Shown: in pieces, positions 12,501 through 21,989 of the stretch
How positions within the stretch are numbered: position 1 is the stretch's first letter
Layout: every line of letters begins with the position of its first letter
NCBI GenBank assembly: GCA_002269645.1
Contig: NIVC01000212.1
Location: 186,001-250,000, forward strand
Source: Macrostomum lignano
Taxonomy: Eukaryota
Direction: 5' to 3'
DNA length: 64,000 nt
The notes under the pieces: model-generated
Databases searched by the model: none
Told to the model about the DNA's origin: nothing
Seen by the model: only the letters and a program-made list of their open reading frames with translations
Translations under genes and position numbers: made by a program

Positions 12501-15500
12501 CACAATCACAGGTCGGTTTTGCAGACTGATTAGTTATTGCACACAATCACAGTTTGGTTTTGCAGACTGATTAGTTATTGCACACAATCACAGGTCGGTT
12601 TTGCAGACTGATTAGTTATTGCACACAATGACAGGTCGGTTCTGCAGACTGATTAGTTATTGCACACAATCACAGGTCGGTTTTGCAGACTGATTAGTTA
12701 TTGCACACAATGACAGGTCGGTTTTGTAGACTGATTAGTTATTGCACACAATGACAGGTCGGTTTTGCAGACTGATTAGTTATTGCACACAATCACAGTT
12801 TGGTTTTGCAGACTGATTAGTTATTGCACACAATCACAGGTCGGTTTTGCAGACTGATTAGTTATTGCACACAATCACAGGTCGGTTTTGCAGACTGATT
12901 AGTTATTGCACACAATCACAGTTTGGTTTTGCAGACTGATTAGTTATTGCACACAATCACAGGTCGGTTTTGCAGACTGATTAGTTATTGCACACAATCA
13001 CAGGTCGGTTTTGCAGACTGATTAGTTATTGCACACAATCACAGGTCAGTTTTGCAGACTGATTAGTTATTGCACACAATCACAGGTCGGTTTTGCAGAC
13101 TGCTCAATATTAGCACACGATAAAAGGTCGATTCTGATGCACTTAAATTTCTCACCTTCAGGTTCGTAGACATCCAGAGCGCTTTGGCCGGAGTGGTTTT
13201 TCGGAACCGGCACCAGATCGAATACTTCCATGGCAGAACTACCGCCGCACTTTTCAACGTCAGAAAAATTGAAACATGGAACGTTGCAGTCCAACTTGGG
13301 AACAATTATTTTGCTATGGATTTTATTTCCACAGAAGCACAGTCTACCATCAGCCAGGCCAAAGTATTTAGATCCTAATTCCATCAAGCAGTGAGAGGCG
13401 CAGACTCGTTGGCTCATGTATTTGAAGTCTTCTTTGATCTCTCTATCAAGAACGTAATAATGATTCCCCCAAACGTAGCATCCCTTTGAAGGCGCTTAAA
13501 TGAAAAATGGACGAAAGTTAGGCAAAAAAAGGAATGCGAATGATGAAGCAGAGCTAGCAAGACTTACCGGGAATCATTGGCTGCATATCGATGGGTGCAC
13601 CTGAAATTCATGAGGTTTTTATGGCGTTTTATATGACAACTATACCATTAGCTCTTAGTCTTACAAGCTCTTCACAAACTGTTGTAAGCTTTGAAAAAGT
13701 TCAATATTTTGTCAATAAAAGTTCACTAGCTGGCTACAGAACATTTGAGCTTGACAAATAAAAGAATCTTGAATAGTCTTCATAATGTGACAGACTCATC
13801 ATTCCTAAGACTGATTAGTTATTGCACACAATGACAGGTCGGTTTTGTAGACTGATTAGTTATTGCACACAATCACAGGTCAGTTTTGCAGACTGATTAG
13901 TTATTGCACACAATCACAGTTTGGTTTTACAGACTGATTAGTTATTGCACACAATCACAGGTCGGTTTTGCAGACTGCTCAATATTAGCACACGATAAAA
14001 GGTCGATTCTGATGCACTTAAATTTCTCACCTTCAGGTTCGTAGACATCCAGAGCGCTTTGGCCGGAGTGGTTTTTCGGAACCGGCACCAGATCGAATAC
14101 TTCCATGGCAGAACTACCGCCGCACTTTTCAACGTCAGAAAAATTGAAACATGGAACGTTGCAGTCCAACTTGGGAACAATTGTTTTGCTATCGATTTGA
14201 TCTCCACAGAAGCACCGTCGACCATCAGCCAGGCCAAAGTATTTCTTTTTGCGCATCAAGCAGTGAGTAGCGCAGACTCCTTGGCTCATGCGGTCGAAGT
14301 CTTCTTTAACCTCCATGTCGAGAAGGGCGTCCTTCGGGCTCCATTGGTGGCATCCCTTCGAAGGCGCTTGAATTAAAAGCAGACAGTGACAGGACAAAGG
14401 TTAAGCTAAGAATGTGAATGTTGCAGCAGAGCCAGCAAGACTTACCGGGAATCATGGGCTCCAGATTTATGGGTGAACCTGAAATTCACAGGTTGTGATA
14501 GTGTTTTATAAGCTTATGACTTCACAGGTCGGTTTTGCAGACTGCTCAGAATCATTCGTAACACATGTATAGTCCGCGACGAGAAAAGGGCGGGATCAAG
14601 AGCCAGTTAGAGGGCAGCGAGAGAGGGAAAGCGAAAACAGAGGGAGAGAAAACAGAGGGAGAGAAAACAGAGGGAGAGAAAACAGAGGGAGAGAAAGAGA
14701 AAACAGAGGGAGAGAAAACAGAGGGAGAGAAAACAGAAAAGGGCGTGAAAACAGAGGGAGAGAAAACAGAGGGAGAGAAAACAGAGGGAGAGAAAACAGA
14801 GGGAGAGAAAACAGAGGGAGAGAAAACAGAAGAGGGCGAGAAAACAGAGGGCGAGAAAACAGAGGGAGAGAAAACAGAGGGAGAGAAAACAGAGGGAGAG
14901 AAAGAGAAAACAGAGGGAGAGAAAACAGAGGGAGAGAAAGAGAAAACAGAGGGAGAGAAAGAGAAAACAGAGGGAGAGAAAACAGAGGGAGAGAAAACAG
15001 AGGGAGAGAAAACAGAGGGAGAGAAAACAGAAGAGGGCGAGAAAACAGAGGGAGAGAAAACAGAGGGAGAGAAAACAGAGGGAGAGAAAACAGAAGAGGG
15101 CGAGAAAACAGAGGGAGAGAAAACAGAAGAGGGCGAGAAAACAGAGGGAGAGAAAACAGAGGGAGAGAAAACAGAGGGAGAGAAAGAGAAAACAGAGGGA
15201 GAGAAAACAGAGGGAGAGAAAACAGAGGGAGAGAAAACAGAGGGAGAGAAAGAGAAAACAGAGGGAGAGAAAGAGAAAACAGAGGGAGAGAAAACAGAGG
15301 GAGAGAAAACAGAGGGAGAGAAAACAGAGGGAGAGAAAGAGAAAACAGAGGGAGAGAAAGAGAAAACAGAGGGAGAGAAAGAGAAAACAGAGGGAGAGAA
15401 AACAGAGGGAGAGAAAACAGAGGGCGAGAAAACAGAGGGATGCCAGTGCCAATAGCACACAATCACAGGTCACTTTTGCAGACTGCTCAGCATTAGCACA

Positions 15501-15769
15501 CGTAATAGTTCGCGACGAGAGGAAGGCGAGAGCAATGAGCCAATCAGAGGGCAGCGAGGGAAAGAGAGAAAATAACAAGACTGAACAAGACAGACGGGAG
15601 AGAAAACAGAGCAAGCTGAGACAAGTGAAGGTGAATTAAAAATATGCCTGAGAAGTCGCGACATCACACAATCACAGGTCAATTCTGAGACACCAAATCT
15701 CTTACCTTTGGCTTCGTAGAATTCCTGAGCAGTCACAAGGATTATCAGAGTCAGTGCTGAGCACAGCAT
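6528..15769 (-). CDS. Secreted protein with five tandem WSC domains, 11 exons, ~635 aa
   Basis: Exons 15769-15706 (signal peptide MLCSALTLIILVTAQ...), 14478-14446, 14366-14031, 13600-13568, 13494-13156, 9076-9044, 8970-8632, 7913-7881, 7807-7472, 6957-6925, 6856-6528; all GT-AG, all phase 1; total 1908 nt = 636 codons; each domain has the 8-Cys WSC pattern GC..C..C..YFGL.DG..C.CG..C..C..CGG. Confidence 0.85.
9284..13101. repeat. 41-bp intronic satellite, ~93 units; same family at 7217-7417 (~5), 8122-8577 (~11) and 13808-13976 (~4)
   Basis: Unit GATTAGTTATTGCACACAATCACAGGTCGGTTTTGCAGACT; no spacers. Confidence 0.97.
14630..15440. repeat. 15-bp purine-rich minisatellite (GAGGGAGAGAAAACA) in intron 1 of the WSC gene
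   Basis: Direct inspection. Confidence 0.95.
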
Positions 15770-16397
15770 GATGCAGGATTTATTTTGCTATATCGAACTT
15801 CTTTATTAAGTATTGAATGGGTCCTTGGTTTGTCAAAAGTTGAGCTGGGAGCCGCAGTCGAGCCTCGCGTCTTTTTATGCAGCAGAAGTGTTTAGCCATA
15901 GACGCTGCAGTTCGTCCCTGCATGTACAGTGCATGCTTGCTTTATAGTCTCTGACCCTTCCTCTGAGTCTGAGTGCAAGCAGTGATAAAATAAAAGTACA
16001 AGTGACTGATGGTTCGACAATTAGCGCGAAATGTTAAACTCTGCAGCTGTTGAGCTTTTACTTGAGCCTAATTCTCACAGGTTATTCGTCCACACCCTGC
16101 GTGAATATAGGCGGGTTACAGAACCTGTATAAGCTGCTGCTGCATGTGACGCTCAACTCTATTAGAGTTAGCAGCTAGACTCTATCAATCTATCCAAGAG
16201 CTGCACCAAACTGCCGGTGTTCTACTGAAAGTAGACAGTCAAACTCAGAAATAATAAAACTAAACACTTTTTCTATGTCTAAGATGATTGGTTGTTCAAA
16301 ATATGTCTTACAATGTCTTTAAAATGGCCTGGGTGTCGGTTTTGAGCTGTTTGTCTGACAAGAAAAACTGGATCTGTTGACAAAAATCACCTTGAAA

Positions 16398-18713
16398 ATG
16401 TCAGGTAAGTCGGCGTAGGTTGTCTGCGGTTTGTTTGATCAATTAGAGCAGGGAGTGTAATGAGTCTAAATGCCCAAAATTAAAAGCTGTTTCACTAGAA
16501 TGCATCTAGAAAGCATGTTGTGTAGAGAATGTCAGACTATTGAAAATGTCTGGCTCGATAAAGACATCGTACACCAAGTAAATGTGTTTGAAAAGAACTA
16601 CGCTTAGTTGGAATAGTTAAGCCGAATTATAAACTTAGCGACATGTATTTAATATCTCAGATCTGGAAACGAATTTCTGGTCAAAAGCGCTGAGCCGCAC
16701 GCTGAGTCGGGTGGCCATCAGCGCCCTCTTGCTGGCACCAATCGGACTGGCGCTGCTCTTTGGCACCTGTCTGCGCCGCTGCCTGCGTATTCGCCGACGC
16801 AGACGGCTGTGGCGTAACTTGGCCGCCCTGATGACGGCGGTACGCCAGGCTGCTGACGAAACGGATGCGGCGCGTAGACATTTCCAGCATCAACGCCGAC
16901 GGTCAGAAGCGACCGCCAGCTCAGCGGGGGGCCGGCGGTGCACCAGACGAAACCAGCTGCTGGAATGTACGGCATCCATCAATCCTGCCAGTGGTCGCCA
17001 GGAAAGTTCGCTGACAGCCAACTGCCCAGCAGTGCAAGTGGGTTCGCGTCTGGTTCCTCAATTTTTCACAGCGAAGTCTCGGTGATTTTTAAATGACAAA
17101 TGAAACATGCTGAGGCTGAGACTCTGGCGCACTTTAAGCGACATGGGCACACAACCGGCGAGAGGCATTGCTGCCCATTCCGCCGACTCCTCTGAGCAGG
17201 CAAACAAGCGTGCAGATACGTACACAGTCATACCTACAGGCACACACTCACAGGAGTGTACGGCGGCCCGGGTTTCATTTATCGTTAGTCATGTACACTG
17301 CACTGTGTGCGCCAGGATTCCAGCCAGGGCCGCTGGTCTACATGAGTTGAAGGCATAGCCTTAGCAATGAGCAGTCCCATCTGACAGTAAAGTCACTATT
17401 TTCTGTAAATCCTTGCAGAAGATTGAGCAAAATCATCAGCAAAATAATTTGGTCGCAGGTGCAAAATTCTCAACGCCTGCAAGCTTGAAAGCTTTGCGAA
17501 ATCAAAGACACAAGGAGACAGGCAAGAAGCGATTGCATGCTCCCCAGATGCTTTGCTCGTCCCAATAATAGCTGAGAAATATTTTTCCAACAAATTTACT
17601 GAACGATTAAAACAGCTGAAACATCTCCACCTGTAGCAACCCACTTCTCCCATGGCTTGAGCATCCCGTCATCTCCGCCTGTAGCAACCCACTTCTCCCA
17701 TGGCTTGAGCATCCCGTCATCTCCGCCTGTAGCAACCCACTTCTCACATGTCTTGAGCATCCCGTCATCTCCGCCTGTAGCAACCCACTTCTCACATGGC
17801 TTGAGCATCCCGTCATCTCCACCTGTAGCAACCCACTTCTCCCATGGCTTGAGCATCCCGTCATCTCCACCTGTAGCAACCCACTTCTCCCATGGCTTGA
17901 GCATCCCGTCATCTCCGCCTGTAGCAACCCACTTCTCCCATGGCTTGAGCATCTCGTCATCTCCACCTGTAGCAACCCACTTCTCCCATGGCTTGAGCAT
18001 CCCGTCATCTCCACCTGTAGCAACCCACTTCTCCCATGGCTTGAGCATCCCGTCATCTCCGCCTGTAGCAACCCACTTCTCCCATGGCTTGAGCATCCCG
18101 TCATCTCCGCCTGTAGCAACCCACTTCTCCCATGGCTTGAGCATCCCGTCATCTCCACCTGTAGCAACCCACTTCTCCCATGGCTTGAGCATCCCGTCAT
18201 CTCCACCTGTAGCAACCCACTTCTCCCATGGCTTGAGCATCCCGTCATCTCCGCCTGTAGCAACCCACTTCTCCATGGCTTGAGCATCCCGTCATCTCCG
18301 CCTGTAGCAACCCACTTCTCCCATGGCTTGAGCATCCCGTCATCTCCACCTGTAGCAACCCACTTCTCCCATGGCTTGAGCATCCCGTCATCTCCACCTG
18401 TAGCAACCCACTTCTCCCATGGCTTGAGCATCCCGTCATCTCCGCCTGTAGCAACCCACTTCTCACATGGCTTGAGCACCCCGTCATCTCCACCTGTAGC
18501 AACCCACTTCTCCCATGGCTTAAGCATCCCGTCATCTCCACCTGTAGCAACCCACTTCTCCTATGGCTTGAGCATCCCGTCATCTCCACCTTTAGCAACC
18601 CACTTCTCCCAAGTCAAGGTGAGATATTCAAAGCTGACGCAAAGCAAACACGATCATAAATCTTATAAACACTGCGTGTATAACCCTGTAATTTGCAGGA
18701 AACGAGGCTGTGA
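16398..18713 (+). CDS. Single-pass membrane protein with 16-aa Ser/Pro/His-rich tail repeats and C-terminal ETRL; one 1-bp frameshift in the repeat exon as given
   Basis: Candidate exons 16398-16404, 16661-17037, 17419-17458, 17616-18618, 18699-18713, all GT-AG and phase-compatible if one C is restored at ~18273 (~480 aa); hydrophobic VAISALLLAPIGLALLFGTCL followed by RRCLRIRRRRR. Confidence 0.6.
17624..18612 (+). repeat. 48-bp VNTR, ~20 units, probably coding (SIPSSPPVATHFSHGL)
   Basis: Flanked by acceptor aaaacag| (17615) and donor aag|gtgaga (18619). Confidence 0.9.
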
Positions 18714-18753
18714 AGTCAACATCTACTGAGCCAAATTCGGACCCTGTGTGATA

Positions 18754-19260
18754 CGAGGGGTGTTCCGTAAGTATTTTCCCTTTTAAGTATTTAACCTTTT
18801 GAGTAGCTCAGTCTGCAGAGGTCTGATTCTGGAACTTTTTTGTGTGCTTCTTTTGACACCAGCATCATTAGAGAATATCTACTCTGCGCAAAATTCCATA
18901 CTTTTACAGTGACAGCGTCTGAAATGACAAACTCTGCAATGCCATTGTGACCGGAAATCGCAAGTTGCTGATATGCTGCAAACCTTTTGGGCAGTCGAGT
19001 TTCTTTAAAAGTACGTTAAGATTATGAGAGAAGCTTCTTCTTCTTGCACTTTTAACGCCAACACAAAATTCAGTTTTTTGCAGACTTTGATTTTTGTAAA
19101 CCGAGGGTAGATGTCTATGGCATAAACTCTGTTAGCGCAGAGCTGGCTTCACACTTTGATGTCACTTTGGTGTCAAAAGCATAGATAAAAGTCCAATGCA
19201 ATCTGACCTCTACAGTCTGAGCTATACTCAAAACGGAAAAGAATTATGGAACACCACTCG
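18754..19260. mobile_element. Non-autonomous mariner-like element, 507 bp
   Basis: TA|CGAGGGGTGTTCCGTAAGTATTTTCC...GGAAAAGAATTATGGAACACCACTCG|TA, ~26-bp imperfect terminal inverted repeats. Confidence 0.75.
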
Positions 19261-19800
19261 TATATATTTTTCAACTTTCCAGTTATAACACTTTCAACTC
19301 ATTCAGCTTAGACTAAACTTAAATAAAAAAATGTTAAAAATGCTGTGAAAAAATCCTGGTATTTAAGAACGCTTTTTGTTATTTGCAATATGTTTTTGTT
19401 TTTTTCAACTAAAAATACAACTTGTATGCATTCCAACTCAAATTTCTGCATTGATTTTATCGTGTAATTTTCTACGAAGCAAATTTCAAAAAATAGAATC
19501 TAAGAACAATAACAATGAATTGAATAAAATTCGTCAACCAACTGAAATACAAAACTACAAATATAACGTTCGAACAAAAGGCACTTGTGTCAATTTAGTT
19601 TGGACTTATAAACACAAAACTGCTTTCAGCCCGTGAAATTATTTGCTAGCAATTTCGTTAGCAAACAGTAACAAGCTCTATATTTTTAGGAAGGTTGACA
19701 GCATTAGAAGATGTAGTGAAGCAATACAGTAGATTGTGTTTTGTTCAAAGTTCATTCAAAAATATTTTTCTGGGACTACAGTGGGTTTCTGATGAGGTCG

Positions 19801-20146
19801 TTTGGATCAGCTGACTGCAGAGGTCACTCACAGCAGAGGAGTGGAGACGGTGTTTGGATTGGATCAGCTGACTGCAGAGGTCACTCACAGCAGAGGAGTG
19901 GAGACGGTGTTTGGATTGGATCAGCTGACTGCAGAGGTCACTCACAGCAGAGGAGTGGAGACGGTGTTTGGATTGGATCAGCTGACTGCAGAAGTCACTC
20001 ACAGCAGAGGACTGGAGACGGTGTTTGGATTGGATCAGCTGACTGCAGAAGTCACTCACAGCAGAGGACTGGAGACGGTGTTTGGATTGGATCAGCTGAC
20101 TGCAGAGGTCACTCACAGCAGAGAGGAGTGGAGACGGTGTTTGGAT
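19801..20146. repeat. 57-bp minisatellite, 6 units, directly after the UBXN10-like stop codon
   Basis: Unit GGATCAGCTGACTGCAGAGGTCACTCACAGCAGAGGAGTGGAGACGGTGTTTGGATT. Confidence 0.95.
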
Positions 20147-20797
20147 TTAGTCAAACGCGGTCCGCTGCAGAACCAACAATGAGCGATCGGTAATGCCCAA
20201 TTGTTGCAAAGTCTTTGTCATGTCAGCTTCACCAAATGTGACCCTGTCCGCTGGTGACACAACCTCCAGCGGTTCGCTACTCAAGCTCAGCTTTGCAGAG
20301 TCAGCTCTCTCGCCGCTGCGCACGTCCCGACAGAGGACGCCCAGCTGCGTGTCGGACGAATAGCTGCACTGACGACGCGCACCGTCTGGAGTTCGAATCG
20401 CCAGGTAAAGCAACTGCTTTTGCTTGCTAGCTAATTGTTTCTGTGCTTGTTTTTTATGCGATGTTGGGTGCTGCTCTCTATGAATGTTTTGTTCTTTCTG
20501 TTGCGCAATATCCGGCAGTACATTGTACTTTTGAGCCGACAAAGGTCGTTCAGGCCGCGACTGGTCCAAGCTGGACCGTCGCCTCATCGGCTGAGCCAGC
20601 GGCAGAGGCGAGGTCGGGGCGGCTCTGGGCGACGGGTGGGACGGTTGAGGAACCCGCGATCTGGACGGCTTCTTTGTCGCCGCAATGGGAATAATGCCGA
20701 AGCGATCGAACCTATTGGGAAGAGACTGCATCGCCAAGGCTGAGGTCCGACTGGCCCGTCCGCTTCGCAGCTGCAAATCGCGGGAAGCGGCCGACAT
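20147..20797 (-). CDS. UBXN10: UBX domain-containing protein 10-like (p97/VCP cofactor), single coding exon, 216 aa
   Basis: C-terminal UBX domain LLYLAIRTPDGARRQ...DMTKTLQQLGITDRSLLVL and upstream KYNVLPDI motif, matching recalled UBXN10 features (KYPVLPSI, LLLAVRSP). Confidence 0.75.
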   Translation of the reverse strand: MSAASRDLQLRSGRASRTSALAMQSLPNRFDRFGIIPIAATKKPSRSRVPQPSHPSPRAAPTSPLPLAQPMRRRSSLDQSRPERPLSAQKYNVLPDIAQQKEQNIHREQHPTSHKKQAQKQLASKQKQLLYLAIRTPDGARRQCSYSSDTQLGVLCRDVRSGERADSAKLSLSSEPLEVVSPADRVTFGEADMTKTLQQLGITDRSLLVLQRTAFD

Positions 20798-20924
20798 TGC
20801 ATCAAAAACTTTGTGACAATTTCTTCTGGGTCGCTTTTAAAAGCTCGAAACTTTACAAGCTGAAATATTATGTTGTTGAAATCGCTTTCTAATTGTTGAG
20901 TCAGCAGAACTGACTCAGTTCAGG

Positions 20925-21505
20925 AGTCATTCTCTCAGGTGGTTCAGGCGTGATTCTATTAGGCGGTTCAGGTGTGTTTTCTCAGTTTGTTCAGGATTCA
21001 TTCTCTCGGGTGGTTTAGGGAGGATTCTCTCAGGTGGTTTAGGGGTGATTCTCTCAGGTGGTTCAGGGGTGATTCTCTCAGGTGGTTCAGGATTCATTCT
21101 CTCAGGTGGTTCAGGGGATTCTCTCAGGTGGTTTAGGGGTGATTCTCTCAGGTGGTTCAGGGGTGACTCTCTCAGGTGGTTCAGGATTCATTCTCTCAGG
21201 TGGTTCAGGGGTGATTCTCTCAGGTGGTTCAGGGGTGATTCTCTTAGGTGGTTTAGGGGGGTTCTCTCAGGCGGTTCAATGGTGCTTCTCTCATGTGGTT
21301 CAGGGGTGATTCTCTCAGGTGGTTTAGGAGTCATTCTCTCAGGTGGTTTAGGAGTCATTCTCTCAGGTGGTTCAGGGGTCATTCTCTCAGGTGGTTTAGG
21401 AGTCATTCTCTCAGGTGGTTCAGGGTCATTCTCTCAGGTGGTTCAGGGGTCATTCTCTCAGGTGGTTCAGGGGTCATTCTCTCAGGTGGTTTAGGGGTGA
21501 TTCAT
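20925..21505. repeat. 24-bp minisatellite (GGGTGATTCTCTCAGGTGGTTCAG)
   Basis: Direct inspection. Confidence 0.93.
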
Positions 21506-21989
21506 GGATAATCTACTGCTGAAGGCTCTGCACTATTCCTAAGACACGGAGAGCTATACGGAGCTAAGCTGGGCTGTGAGTAAAAATTTCAAATCAACAT
21601 GTAATTATAAATTACAGCCAGGAAACTACACAGGGTAACACATACTTTAGTTGAATAAAAAAATTTCATTTAACGTAATTTATGGTTTATTTTAATTATT
21701 AAATTTTCGAAGCTAATTCATCACTGAGCGGATTTATCTACTAAAAGTAGAAAACTGGCACACAAGCAGAGTGATTATAAGCAAGACATTTCAAAGTTAA
21801 ATTTCATTTTATGTCCAATAATAAAGACAGCCCCGTCAGATAAAAACTTACGCATAAAAATGAAGCGAATCATTTATAGTAAAATAAAATTATTATTTTC
21901 AAATCAGGCTACTAACAGTAGTTAGCAACAAGCAGTCAGGTTGGAATTCCTATCGCTGTCAGGAAAAATTGTTAAATTTTTTTGCGAAG

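Noticed and set aside
7217-13976. 41-bp repeats as a CRISPR-like array
   Set aside because: Units abut with no unique spacers, there are no cas genes, and the context is a eukaryotic intron.
6528-14478. Five separate WSC genes, or one leader with five mutually exclusive terminal exons as the main model
   Set aside because: The ORF track suggests each copy has its own stop, but a strong in-phase AAG|GTGAGA donor precedes those tails. The following sequence is homologous to intron 1, no copy has its own signal exon, and only the last module has an exonic stop. Kept only as a possible minor isoform.
14552-15614. Long ORFs (EGEKT, SPSVF, FLSLC repeats)
   Set aside because: By-products of a stop-free 15-bp intronic array; open in several frames on both strands.
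17396-18527. Minus-strand ORFs (MLKPWEKWVATGGDDG repeats; LRR-like LSSLQALRILHL)
   Set aside because: Splice sites, synonymous variation and the terminal ETRL exon all favour the plus strand.
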